Shown here in pieces: positions 16,067 to 31,010 of a stretch of DNA of 64,000 nt. The stretch comes from the human T2T-CHM13v2.0 reference genome, Homo sapiens. Below the pieces are notes generated by a model that was not told the origin of the DNA, did no database searches, and was given only the letters and a program-made list of their open reading frames with translations. The stretch's first letter is position 1, and every line of letters starts with the position of its first letter. The translations under genes and the position numbers were made by a program. The DNA is taken from NCBI RefSeq assembly GCF_009914755.1, contig NC_060929.1. One strand, 5' to 3'.

Positions 16067-16160
16067 TTACTTATAAAACACATTCTCTTATTTCCAGGTA
16101 ATTCTATAAATTATATATATGTATTACATTTTCACTACACCTGAAGAAAAAACAGTTTAA

Positions 16161-16492
<332 letters not shown>

Positions 16493-17617
16493 TTTAATTT
16501 TTTTATATCACTGAATAAATGTCCATTAGAGTAAAAACTGATCTTAAAAGTTGACTCTTAAAAGTTTCTTTAGATAACTGGTTGATCATTTCATATAAGT
16601 TTTTATAGCAATATGTGTTTTAAAGATCATCAAAGCATTTTCATTAGTAAGGAGTTTTCTTTTGTTAGTTTTAAATCCAATGTTTTATATTATTAACAAA
16701 ATACAAAGTTATTTTCATGATAATATTTGCCATGAGATAAAGAATAATTTGATATCCACAAAATTCTTTAGTTAATTGAGAATATATTGAGTACCTACAC
16801 ATCTTATCTATTTACATAAGGCTGCAAATATAAAAATAAACATTTAGCTTCCTCACAATATACTCAAAAGCAAAGGCTGTTGATTCCCTCCTCCATAATC
16901 AGCTCTGAAAGGATATGAAACATGATTTCCGAAACCACTGTCAAAGCTATTTGCCACCAATAACACCAACAAAACTCAGAAAACTTCTCAGGAAGACAGA
17001 AGATTGTCTTGAAATGTTATAGGTGTGGAGAAGGTGAGTAACTATAGGCAAAAGTAACATAAAATAAGAGGCAAGCTTTAAAAAAATTAAAATTTAATTG
17101 ACAAATAAAGATTGAAGATGTTTGAGGTGTACAGCATCTGACATTTGCTTTTCCCCAGTGTTGCCTCTGGTAACCATTACCTCCTTTGGATATTCAATCT
17201 TCTATGACTTCCTTCTCTCAATTCTTGGATTTTGTGGATTAAAATCTAACAAAATTGCCAGCTTCTACTGATATGTCTCCCTTCAGGGATAAAGGTGAAT
17301 CCCTGACCAGAGTAATTGCCTGTGGAGTTGCAACAAGAGGAACTTTGCTGGAACATTCCACGCTGAAGTGTATCACTCCCTTCAACTTAGTCACCAAAGT
17401 GCACACACTTGGTGGGCACACATCATGACTTGACATTAACACTAACCCAATACATATCAAGAGCTACTATTAATAGAATAATCAATAACCTCAGTGGACC
17501 ATGAGTTAATTTAAGTAAATAGACACCCAAGGAGTAGCATGATAATTTAAAAAGACAAACAACCATTTTAGAACAAGATCAGATCTACTGAAAAAGAAAG
17601 AAACAAAAATGCCCAAC

Positions 17618-19953
17618 TGTATTAGTCCATTTTCACACTGCTGTAAAAACTGCCTCAGATTTGGTAATTTATAAAGCAAAAAAGGTTTAATTTACTCACA
17701 GTTCCACATGGCTGGGAAGGCCTCAGGAAAGTTACAATCATAGCAGAAGGTGAAGGAGAAGCAAGGCACATCTTATGTGGTGGTAGGAGAGAGAGACAGC
17801 AAGAAGGGGAAGCTGCCAAATACGTTTAAACCATCAGGTCTCATGAGAACTCACTCACTGTTATGAGAACAGCATGGGGGAACCACCCTCATGATCCAAT
17901 CACCTCCTACCGGGTCCGTCCCTTGACACAAGGGGATTACAATACAAGATGAGATTTAGGTGGAGACACAGAGCCAAACCATACCATTCTGCCACTGGCC
18001 CCTCCCAAATCTCGTGTCCTTCTCACATTTCAAAACACAATCATGCCTTCCCAATAGTCCCTCAAAGTCTTAACACATTCCAGCATTAATCCCAAGTCCA
18101 AGTCCAAAGTCTCCTCTGAGATAACGCACACTCCTTCCACATATGAGCTTGTAAAATCAAAAGCAAGTTATTTCCTTTCAAGATAAAATGTGGGTACATG
18201 CACTGGGTAAATGTTCCCATTCCAAATGGGAAAAATTGGCCAAAACAAAGGGGCTACATGCCCCATGGAAGTCTGAAACCGGGCAGGGTAGTCATTATAT
18301 CTTAAAGTTCCAAAATAATCTCCTTTGACTCCATGTCTCACATCTAGGGAATGTTGATGCAAGAAGTGGGCTCCCAAGGTCTTGGGCGGTTCTGCTTCTG
18401 TGGCTTTGCAGGGTACAGCCCCCACAGCTGCCTTCATGGGCTGGTGTTGAATGCCTGAGGCTTTGCATGTTGCAAACTGTTGGTGGATTTACCATTCTGG
18501 AGCCTGAAGGATGATGACCCTCTTCTCACAACTCCACTAGACTGTATCTTAGTAGGGACTCTATGTGGGGGCTCCAACCCCACATTTCTCCTCTGCACTG
18601 CCCTAGCAGAGGGCCTTCATGAGGGCTTGGACCTTGCCAGCAGACTTCTCCCTGGTCATCCAGTGTTTCCATACATTCTCTGAAATCTAGGGGGAGGTTC
18701 CCAAACCTTAATTCTTGTCTTCGGTGCACCCACAGGCTCAACATCATGTAAAGCTGCCAATGCTAGGGGCTTGCATCCTCTGAAGCAACGGCCTGAGCTG
18801 TACCTTGGCCCCTTCTAGCCACAGCTGGAGCTGGAGTGGCTGGGATGCAAACACCAAGTCCCGAGTCTGCATGGAGCAGCAGCAGGGCCCTGGGCTTGGC
18901 CCATGAAATTATTTAGGCCTCCCGGACTATGATGGGAGGGGCTTTGGTAAACATCTTTGACATGCCCTGGAAACATTTTCCCCATTTTCTTAGCTATTAA
19001 CATTCAGCTTCTCTTTACTTATGAACATTTCTGAAGTGGGCTTGAATTTCTCCCCAGAAAATGGGTTTTTCTTTTCTACCACATGGTCAGACTACAAATT
19101 TTCTGAACTTTTATGCTCTGCTTCCCTTTTAAACGTAAATTCCAGTTTCAGCTAACCTCTTTGTTCATGCATATGGGAGTAAACTTTTAGATAAAGCCTA
19201 GTCAACTTGAAGACTTTCCTGCCTGGAAATTTCTTCCACCAGATACCCTAAGTCACCTCTCTCGAGTTCAAAGTTCCATAGATCTCTAGGGTAGGGGCAA
19301 AATGCCACCAGTCTCTTTGCAAAAACATAGCAAGAGTGACCTTTATTCTATTTCCCAAGAAGTTCCTCATCTCCATCTGAGACCACCTCAGCCTGGACTT
19401 CATTGTCCATGTCACCATTAGGATGTTGGTCAAAATCATTCGATAAGTCTCTAGGAAGTTCCAAACTTTCCTACATCTTTCTATCTTCTTCTTCACTCTC
19501 CAAAGTGTTTCATCTGTGCCTGTTACCCAGTTCCAACGTTGGTTCCACATTTTGAAGTGTCTTTATAACAGTGTCCCATCCTCCACGGTACCAATTATTT
19601 GTATAGTCTGTTTTTGCACTGTGTAATAAATCTGCCTGAGTCTGGGTAATTTATAAACAATAAAAGGTTTACAGTTCCAAATGGTTGGCAGGCTTCAGGA
19701 AACTTACAATTATGGTGGAATGTGAAGAGGAAGCAAGGCTCGTCTTACATGGCAGCAGGAGAGACAGAGTGAGGGGGTAACTGCCAAATACTTTTAGACC
19801 ATAAGATCTGGTGAGAACTCACTCACTATTATGGGAACAGCATGAGGAAAGTCAGCCTCCATTATCCAATCACCTCCCAACAGGACCCTCTCTCATGTGG
19901 GGATGGCATTTTGAGATGAGATTAGGGTGTGGACACAGAACCAAACCATATCA
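17618..19953 (-). mobile_element. Full-length MaLR element, THE1D-like (3' LTR 17618-17986, internal 17987-19599, 5' LTR 19600-19953)
   Basis: Two ~360 bp direct repeats tgtattagtc...aaaccata(c/t)ca flanking ~1.6 kb of THE1-int. ORF fragments 18168-19550 are MaLR-int translations. Degenerate 5-bp TSD ccaac/ctatc. Confidence 0.92.
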
Positions 19954-20780
19954 CTATCAATATAAGAAAAAATACTAGGAAGAATAAAATGGAAATAGTG
20001 CATGTGAGAAACATAGTACAGTAAATGGGATAAGGAGCTGACTGGATCCATTTGAAAATACATTCATCAGTTAGTTAAAGGAACATATTGAGGTCCTCTC
20101 TTAAAAAGCAACAGAACATAAAAAAAGAAGAAAGTAGAAAATGAAACCTAAGTTTTACAAAGGCTGGAAGTTGAAATGCCAAAATCTGAATGCTAGAATT
20201 CCCACCAAGAGAGAAATGTATACACCGGATTTCAAAACTTAAATAAAGGTGAAAGACCTCTTTATATCAAAAGACTAAAGGAACACCTGACAGAGAAGAT
20301 AAGGGAAATATCCGTAACTGTAAACACAATGAAACTGAAGACTAACAATAAAGATACTGAGAAATCTCTGGATGTTTCCAGACACTAAAAGCAGATCATC
20401 TCCTGATAGACATCAGATTTCCCAATGGAAAAAAAAAATTGAGAAATAATTTCTTTCTTAAAGGAAGTTGCCTTTGAACCCACAAGTTTATATCCAAACA
20501 AATTTTATTTCAGATGCGATTGTTACAAATATTCATGAAAAAGGGAAAGTACATCCTCCAAAACCTAGAGTTTACATTTTGTATATAGCAATATGATAAG
20601 GGTGGAGAAGTCCACAAAGACATGGGAACCTCTTAAAATACTTTCGGTGTGATGGGGAAGATATAAATATTAATTAAGTCTAAGATTAATGTGATTATGT
20701 AAGTATGAGAATGTGTCATAAATTAAAGGAAACATCATGAGAACAAAAATACAATAATTTACTTTATGGATCGAATATTA
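19954..20780 (+). mobile_element. Ancient L1 ORF1-like/HAL1 remnant, host of the THE1D insertion
   Basis: A-rich sequence with degenerate L1 ORF1 C-terminal motifs (gacatcagatttc..., ttatatccaaacaaatt). Confidence 0.45.
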
Positions 20781-20793
20781 ACAGACTCCTGTT

Positions 20794-21098
20794 GTCTGGG
20801 TGAAGTGGCTGATGCTTGCAATTCCACCACTTTGGGAGGCCTAAGTGGGCAAATCACTTTAGCCCAGGAGTTCTGGACCAGCTTAAGAAACATGGGAAAA
20901 TAACATCTCCACAAAAAAAAAAAAAAAAACTTTAGCTAGGCATGGTGGTGCATGCCTGTAGTCCCAGCTGAGGCTGAGGTGAAAGGATCACTTGAGCCCG
21001 GGAGGTGGAGGCTGCAGTGAGCTGTGGCTGGGCCACTGTACTCCAGCCTGGGTGACTGAATGAGACCCTATCTCAAAAAAAAAAAAAAAAAAAAAAAA
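20794..21098 (+). mobile_element. AluJ
   Basis: ggatcacttgagcccgggagg...gaggctgcagtgagc (J-type) with polyA tail. TSD-like agact..tgttg. Confidence 0.9.
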
Positions 21099-21724
21099 GA
21101 CTAGTGTTGAGCACGTTTGGAATTAAAAGTTAGATACAACCAGCTTGCATTTGTGGAAAAAATTTGAACACTTTGTAACATTAAGCACTCTACCATTCTA
21201 CTTCATTCAATCTTATTTTTTCATGATTTTCAATACTATGAATCTATGCATCCATCCATCTGTTAGTTTCTATGACAGCTCTCTTCTCAACACTAACATT
21301 GCTATAATATTTACATTTACTAGTACAAACGCATTTTTCTGTATATTTTACTTCTTCATTTTTGCAAGGAAAAACGAGTGCAAATAATTTAAAAGTAATT
21401 TTTGGTGTTATTTCTCCAAGGACCATTATTTCATTTACTGTATGAAAATAACATTCCATGTTGAAATAAATTTGGGACTTGCTGACATAAACAACTTCCT
21501 AACCTCAAGGCATCACAGAGTGTTTATTCTATACATGGTTTTATGAATTTTCAAATAAGAATATGTTGCCAAAGTTTTCCAATCTTATCAGAACATGTCC
21601 TAAAATATCATTCTACAAACTCAGAATAATAAATGCAGGCAAATTATAACATCTTAAATCCAAATATTGGAAAAGGCTCATCTAACTTTGTTTAGGAGTT
21701 GGCCTTAAAGACACCCTACAAATA

Positions 21725-21845
21725 TTAATTATCTGCTCTTCCATTAACTAACCATGTGAACTTTGGCCGGTGAGTTAGTTTCTCTGTGCCTTAGTTTTCT
21801 TTTTATGATATGGGTAACTACAAGAATTCTTATCTAACATATGGA
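21725..21845 (+). mobile_element. MIR
   Basis: Degenerate MIR core: taaccatgtgaactttggcc...tttctctgtgccttagttttc. Confidence 0.6.
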
Positions 21846-21985
21846 AGCCACATAAGTTTTAATAATTTTAATTTAGCTTGGATAACTTTGCCTATAAACT
21901 GCATTATGCTAAAAGAAAATCACTTTTCATTTGCTGCTTTGTGTCACCTTATAATCTCATCTAGAATTTTTGTTCCAGCTTATCA

Positions 21986-22321
<336 letters not shown>

Positions 22322-23607
22322 TTATATGCATCTCATATTTATCACTGTTACATTCTATGTTAAAAATATTAATTTATCAAATTTGCCTGTCAAGTTACAA
22401 TAGAAATATGCATATTGTATGTATTAGTCACAAGAAGAAAAGTAATTGTATGTCTCATATTCTTAAAAACAGTAATTGTGTGTCTCATATTCATGCAGTA
22501 ATTGTATGTCTCATTTTATTTTATGAATAAAAGTAGTTGGTAGGGAAATTATGGTGAAATCCATATAGCAGCCCATACATTTCAATTCTCAGTGTTATTT
22601 AAATAAAAATTTCAATTAGAATATAGAAATATTATGATTATATAAATATATAATGATCAGAATAGTTTAAAAGTATTTCAGTATAACATTCTTGGAGTGA
22701 ACATAAATATGGGAGTTCTTGAAAATATTCTTTGATTAATATTTTATTTTTGTTAAAATTTCCAATGTTAGATCATTATACAAATTTTCACAATGATAGA
22801 ATAAATGTATAAATAGCACAATATGATATTCAAGTCAGTAGAGCATATTTGGATTTAAATAATCACATTTAGTAGTTTTTGTTGTAATTTTGATCATACT
22901 TCTGCAAATATATGAAATTCCTTAATAATTTATTTTCTAAAATTGCATCCATAATCATCTGTAATGCTGAAAATTAGAATCCCTTAATTGTTAGGAAGAA
23001 TTACTTCCCTTTTTATTGATTTCTTATTGTAAAAAAGGAAAGTTCCAACATAGCTGTTAAGGTAGCATGGATTAACGAGTTGATACCATTCCATTTCTAC
23101 AATCAACTGCTTCATCAAAATTTCTAGGATTTAATCCAACAGTAATATCTTGAATGTGTATTCTCCTGAAGGTGAAAATTATACAGCAAGAAACTAAATT
23201 AGGCAAGATAAATCTTCACGACACTTAAAGTACCAAACAATTAAAAAGCAGAAAATAACTTTTTCTAAATACTTCAATTTGCAAACTATATTTGTTTGAC
23301 TTTTAAAAGAACAAATGAGGGCACAAATATTTTATTCTTAAAATAGTTATCCATGCGAGATCTTTTCATCTCTATAGCTGATGTGACAGAAAGGAGTAAG
23401 ATGAGAAACATGAGAAAGTTAGGTGGAAAAAAAATGAAATTTTTGTTCAGTGTTAGTACTCTGGAACATGACAGGTTTAGTTCATGGACTTAGTTTGTAG
23501 GTCCAGGTACTCATGCATGCACATACACAAATATTAAACTATGATAATAGTTGTAAGGCAGTAACAACACGAATAAGAAATATCATTAATTTGTGTTCAA
23601 TTATTAA

Positions 23608-23934
<327 letters not shown>

Positions 23935-24364
23935 AATATCTTATACAGTAAATTTACGTGTCATATATAAAGACCAGAGAAAAACCCTGAATAATACTTA
24001 CAAATTGTTACAGGAAGGAAAAACAAGCCAAATTAACCAGCCAACAAGCAGTCCTCTTATTTTTGCCTGAAGTCCTTAAAGCAAGTGATATTAGAAATAT
24101 ATGATGATATCACTAAGAATATTTTTGTATGTTAATATTAAATATGTTTTGTATAGATTCATAGCTGGAAAAAAATTCCACCTTTCTGTTTCTAAAATAT
24201 AAGTTACCATAAGTTTTAGAAATTCTGATTTAAATAATTCATTTTTTAAAAAAATCTTGTATTTAAAAACTATCTCATAATTTAATTTTTAATTTTCACT
24301 TTAAATGTGTGCCATTAGAATAAGCCCCCTATTCATGGTTGTATTTTTATAAATTTGCAGTCAA

Positions 24365-24676
<312 letters not shown>

Positions 24677-25714
24677 TAATGAGAAACTGCCTATCATGGC
24701 AGCCTCTTCTCCCCTAATTAAGGACCATTATTGTGGCTTGACCACAGAAAAGCATTCTAGCGATCCCCACTTACTCTAAGAAATGAACAGCTACAGTAAA
24801 CACTCTGCAGTAATACTGAGCGATCCTTTCTCTTTTGAAATGCCCCACAACTGCTTGCTTGCCCCTTTACAGCTAATTAAGGATTGCCAAATATATCTGA
24901 AGACCACTTTGAAAGTGCCTTTTGCTTCCCAACACTATGAGAGCACTTATCAATAAGAGACTGTCTAGGTATTTCCTCTCCTTACTCTATAAAATTGACT
25001 CTCATTTCTAACACCGTTAAAATCCACTGAAACAAAAGTGATGCAGATGTGTTCTCTTGCTGCAATTTTATGAATAAATATCCTTTCTTAATTTTGTCTC
25101 AGACTTAGTTTTCTCTATGGGACTGTAGAAGCTTATGAAATACATCACAAGTCAATTGGATTGTAGAAGTAAAAATGTTGGGAATATTTTTGTAGAAAAC
25201 GAGAGACATAGCTAGAATTTATGAACTGAAATATATTTTTAAGTAATAGTGATATACATGCATTTATAGATAAAGAACTGATTATCCCATGCAATAAAAC
25301 TAGAGGAAATAAGAGCTGAGATTAAAATCCAGAATTTCTGATTTTCCTTTCCAGGCCAATGAGTTTGTAAGTAAGACATAAACTTGCTTTAAAAGAAGTT
25401 AAATGGTGAAAAGACAAATCACCACATGAGAGTCTATGTATTTGAATGCTCAATGCTAATTCCAATATGTGCTATCTGGGTGGAATTATATAAATTACTT
25501 ATACTTTCTGTGCATTGCTTTTTCTCATCTCTTAAACTAGGGCCAAATAGTTTTCTTTCTTTACAAAACTGTGGCATATAATATCAGATGTTACTACAGC
25601 AAAGGATGTATAATTGAGCTGGAATAGAAGATATAATAAATATTAGAGATGCTTCTTCTGTTGATAATGGTAATAATAGTGATGTTAACAATTATATCAT
25701 TATTAATAAAAGAG

Positions 25715-26365
<651 letters not shown>

Positions 26366-27349
26366 AAAGAGTATCATATTATTCACTTATGGCACTGCAT
26401 TATCATTCGATAAAATAAAATTAGATTCTATATAGGTTGAAATGCTTTTAAGTTTAAAGCTTACATAGACACTTAAAATTTATACATTTACTTAACTTCA
26501 TTAATGGCCAAATCTTGTATATGTTTGGGCCTTTATATATCATGGTATTATAATCGCAAAAATTATTTTATAATTCCTCTATTTCTTTTTTCCAAGAAAA
26601 GTGTAAAAAATTACTTTATCTTTTATTTGATCAAACATATTGACTTCTTAATATATACTTTTGTAAAGTGTGCAATTAAATGTTAACTTTTCAAAAAATC
26701 TTGACATTCACATTTTCTTATCTTCTCTCATCTTGAAATGCTCCCAATCTAAGTAATGATCTCATCCTTTTTACAGAGTTTATGGCTGACTATAATTCCT
26801 TAAGGGTAAAAAAAAGGTTAATATTTTTTATAACCCATATGAAGTATGTTACTTTCACTTTACCATTAAGATAAGAAATACCTCTTTAAGTCAAGAAAGA
26901 TAATAAATTTTTACTAACCTCCACAGGGTATCACGTAAGATCAACAAAGAACACTATGTTTCATTTTACACTGGGGACCCTTGAAAGGTGCATAGTTAAA
27001 TGTCATTCTTTTACAAGTAAATCATTCACGGTTTGGTAAGACATCTTAGAGCTTCTTAAACGTGATTCACTGCCAAGACCTCTACAGTTGTTAAGAAGTA
27101 AAAGCAAATGCATAATGTACATTTCAAGGGTACATTCATAAACTGCAAATTTGCAAAAAGAGTCTTCAGATATTTAAATATATCTTAAAAGTTTTAATTG
27201 TGTGTAACTTCACCTCTCCAAGAAATACATCAATAATTATAAGCCTAGTAATTCTGGATCACCATACATACCAAATGCTCTAAGTTCATACAGTTTATAA
27301 AGGAATGTTTTCAACTTTAAATTCATGTAAAATGCATTATTGTTTAATA

Positions 27350-27488
27350 TATTTAATAAGAGTTTTATTAAGATACAACTTACATAACAGGTTTACTCCT
27401 TTAAGGTATATCATTCAGTGTTTACTTAAAAATTATATTCACACAATTATACAAGCATTATCGCTATCTAATTTCAGAACTCACTTCC
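27350..27488 (-). mobile_element. L1MB-like 3' terminus
   Basis: gttttattaagatacaacttacata...ctaatttcagaac matches antisense L1M 3' end. Confidence 0.7.
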
Positions 27489-27562
27489 AAAAGAAAGTTG
27501 CATCCAGAAGCAGACTACAAAATTACAAAACCAAAATTGACTGAAAAAGAAATACAAAATCT

Positions 27563-27895
<333 letters not shown>

Positions 27896-28624
27896 TTAAA
27901 ATATTTATTTATCAATTTAAAAACTTCCCATAAAGAAAAGTCCATGTCTAGATGGCTTCATTTACGAATTCTCTCAAATGTTTAAGGAAGAGTTAACACC
28001 GACCCTTCAAAAATTCTCCTAGAAAATATAAGAGAAGGGAATACTGAACTAATTCCATGAAGCCACTGTTACCCTGTGATTCAAACAAAATAAAGCCATT
28101 GCAAGAAAACTACAAACCAATATAACTTATGACTACAGACCAAAATTCTCAACAAATACTAGCAAACCAAATCCAGCAGCATACAGAAAGGATTATACAC
28201 TATAACCATGTGAGCTTATCCCAGGAATGTTAAATTGTTTTTTAAACAGGAAAATTGGTAAATGTAATATACCATATAAATACAATAAAGGATAAAATTA
28301 CATGGGTATCTCAATAGATGTGAAAGCATTTGACAAAGTCCAGCATCTACACATAATTAAAACTCATCAAACTAGAAAGAGAAAGGATTTTCCTCAATCT
28401 GATAAAGGCCATCTACTAAAAACCCACTGCTAACATGATATTTAATCGTAAAAAATTAAATGATTTTCACTAGAATTGTGATATTTGCTCTCATCATCTC
28501 TCTCCCATCTTGCATTGGAGGTTCTAGCATGGGCAATTGAGTAAGAAAATGAAATAAATCAAAACATACATTGTGGAAATGAAGAAGTAAAATGATATCT
28601 AATTACAGATAACATAAACCTGTA

Positions 28625-29088
28625 CAGGCATACTTCATTTTATTGCACTTTGTAGATATTGCATTTTTTACATATTGAAAGTTTGTAGCAACCTTGCATT
28701 GAACAAGTATATTAATGCTATTTTTTCAACAACATGTGCTGACTTCACATCTCTGTTTCAGACTTTGGTAATTCTCATAAGACTTCAAACATTTAAAATT
28801 ATTAATCTGTCTGTCATTATGATATGTGATCAGTGATCTTTAATGTTTCTATTGTAATTGTTTTGGGGTACCACAAACTGTACCCATATAAGAGGGAGAA
28901 CTTAATTGACACATGTTGTGTGTGTTGACTCCTGCATATCGGTCATCCCCCCATCTCTCTTCCTCTCCTCAGGCCTCTTTATTTCTTGAGATAAAAAATG
29001 TTGAAAGTTGGCCAATGATGAAAAATATAATTGCCTCTAATGTTCAAGTGAAAGGAAGAGTAGTACATCTGCCACTTAAAATCTAAAG
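28625..29088 (+). mobile_element. Tigger1 DNA transposon, 5' ~460 bp only
   Basis: TA|caggcatac TIR, then sequence up to the transposase start atg/ttgcctctaa.tgttcaagtgaaaggaagag. No right TIR. Confidence 0.88.
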
Positions 29089-29789
29089 TTTTTGTAGAAA
29101 TTCATAAACTGGGCTTAGTTTCATGTAAAAAAGCAAGGAACCCCCAAAAGCCAAACCACTTGTGAAAAAGAATAACATAAGAGAACTTACATTTCATGAT
29201 TTCAAAACTTAATACAAAGCTACACTATTTGAGTGAGTGTTGTACTGACATAAGAAAAAGAAATAAAATCAGTGAAATGAAATTGAGGGTCCAGAAATTA
29301 ACCCTTATGCTTATAGCTTGATTTTCAGCAAGAGAGACATGACAATTTAATGTAGGAAGAATTGCCTTCAAAAAAACTGATGCTGAATAAAACAGATATC
29401 TATATGCAAAATAATGGTGTTGGACCCTTACCTCAGACCACATACAAAAATTAACTAAAAATGCATAACTGATCTACAGGTAAGAGCTTAAATAATTACA
29501 TTTCTAAAACAAAACATAGGAGTGGATTTCTGTGACCTTGTTTTAAACAAGTTCTTTTATCCTATCTAGAAATATACTCTTCAGGTCTACTGTTCAGTGT
29601 ACAAAATGTTTTACTTGCTATAATTTTGTGGCTAATTTGCAATAGAGAAAATACTTAACCTGAAAGATAAATAAGAATATAGATACTAACTTTTGGCTTT
29701 TAAACAAATGGTATTTCCTAGGTGCCCAGAAAAACACTTGTTATTATTAACAATGTGAAAATAAGACTTACTAAGCAAAATTGCCTACA

Positions 29790-30205
29790 TATAAAATACA
29801 TACATATATATGTACATATATCTGGGGAGTGTATTAAGTATTAACTTACATGATCACAAGGTCCCACAATAGGCCATCTGCAAGCTTGAGGAGCAAGGAG
29901 AGCCAGTCCGAGTCTCAAAACTGAAGAACTTGGAGTCTGATGTTTGAGGGCAGGAAGCATTCAGCACAAGAGAAACATGTAGGCTGGGAAGTTAGGCCAG
30001 TCTTGCCTTTTCCCATTTTTCTGCTTGCTTTATATTCACTATCAGCTGATTAGATTGTGCCCACCAGATCAAGGGTGGGTCTGCCTTCCCCAGCCCACTG
30101 ACCCTAATGTTAATCTCCTTTGGGAACACCCTCACAGACACACCCAGGATCAATACTTAGCATCCTTCAATCCAATCACGTTGACACTCAGTATTAATCA
30201 TCACA
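29790..30205 (-). repeat. HERV-L 3' LTR (MLT2A1-like), 3' terminus missing
   Basis: Direct repeat of 35960-36340. Ends in a TA-rich tract and lacks the tgtatta.tcag.gttctctagag terminus. Confidence 0.9.
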
Positions 30206-30220
30206 AGTCCACCACTTGTC
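30206..30220 (-). promoter_or_regulatory. Polypurine tract (degenerate)
   Basis: Minus strand gacaagtggtggact immediately precedes the TG of the 3' LTR. Confidence 0.65.
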
Positions 30221-30722
30221 AACTTGAACCCAAACGTATCTGCTGAGACTGTAGATAATCTTCAAATAAAGACAATAATAAGGTCATAATTATGCCTAAT
30301 ATAATACAACTGTCATTTGTACAACCAGAAACGCACCAATCCCCAATCCAAACACTATTACATAAAATTAACAATACTAAATGCTAATATGAAGTCAATA
30401 AAACTTATGTCACATGATCAAATAAAAGGAAATAAAATGAAGATATTTTCTTAATACGATTGTATACTTTCACAAGCATATTTTTAGCAAAAGAAGGATG
30501 AAATACCCATATCTTTCTCGTTTCTGCAGCTGATCACATGGTTGTAGCTGGTATTGATGACTACCTTCTTCTACTACCCATTCTGTATTCCCTTTGACTT
30601 TAGCAAGCACCTCAGCAAGTCGTGGCTTTCTTCCTGGTGGAGTGACCCAAGCCTTCATGCCCAAGGAGTCTGGACCATTTGTAGTCCTGCCTGGATTGGG
30701 CTATTGTAGTTTCCCATTGATC

Positions 30723-31010
30723 TTAATCACAGGGCATGGTAATACTAAGAGACACCCTAATGGAGCTCCTGTATTCCATGCACACTCTTTTACCTCCGTT
30801 ATGGAGTAGTAAATTGATTTCTTCTTGATCATCCAGGTCAATCACCCCAGCCAACATTTTAACTCCCTTCTTAGCCTGTTGACTTAAAGGTAGGAGGAGC
30901 CTAAACTCTCCGGGTGGCAGTCTGAGCTTCCAGTTTAATGGAATCATTGTTGTGTCTCCTGTGTCAGCATTCTTCCCTCTGGAACAAAGACCTCTAGGCC
31001 AGCAGAACAT
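30723..31010 (-). pseudogene. HERV-L dUTPase remnant
   Basis: TTMIPLNWKLRLPPG...KKGVKMLAGVIDLDDQEEINLLLHNGG contains dUTPase motif 3 (AGVID), located downstream of integrase as in ERV-L. Confidence 0.85.

Noticed and set aside
23378-23395. Possible 18-nt microexon ctctatag|CTGATG...AGGA|gtaaga
   Set aside because: Such site pairs are common by chance in 64 kb, and there is no evidence of a host gene.
30206-30720. env gene in the provirus
   Set aside because: Only ~500 bp lie between dUTPase and the 3' LTR, and ERV-L elements lack env.
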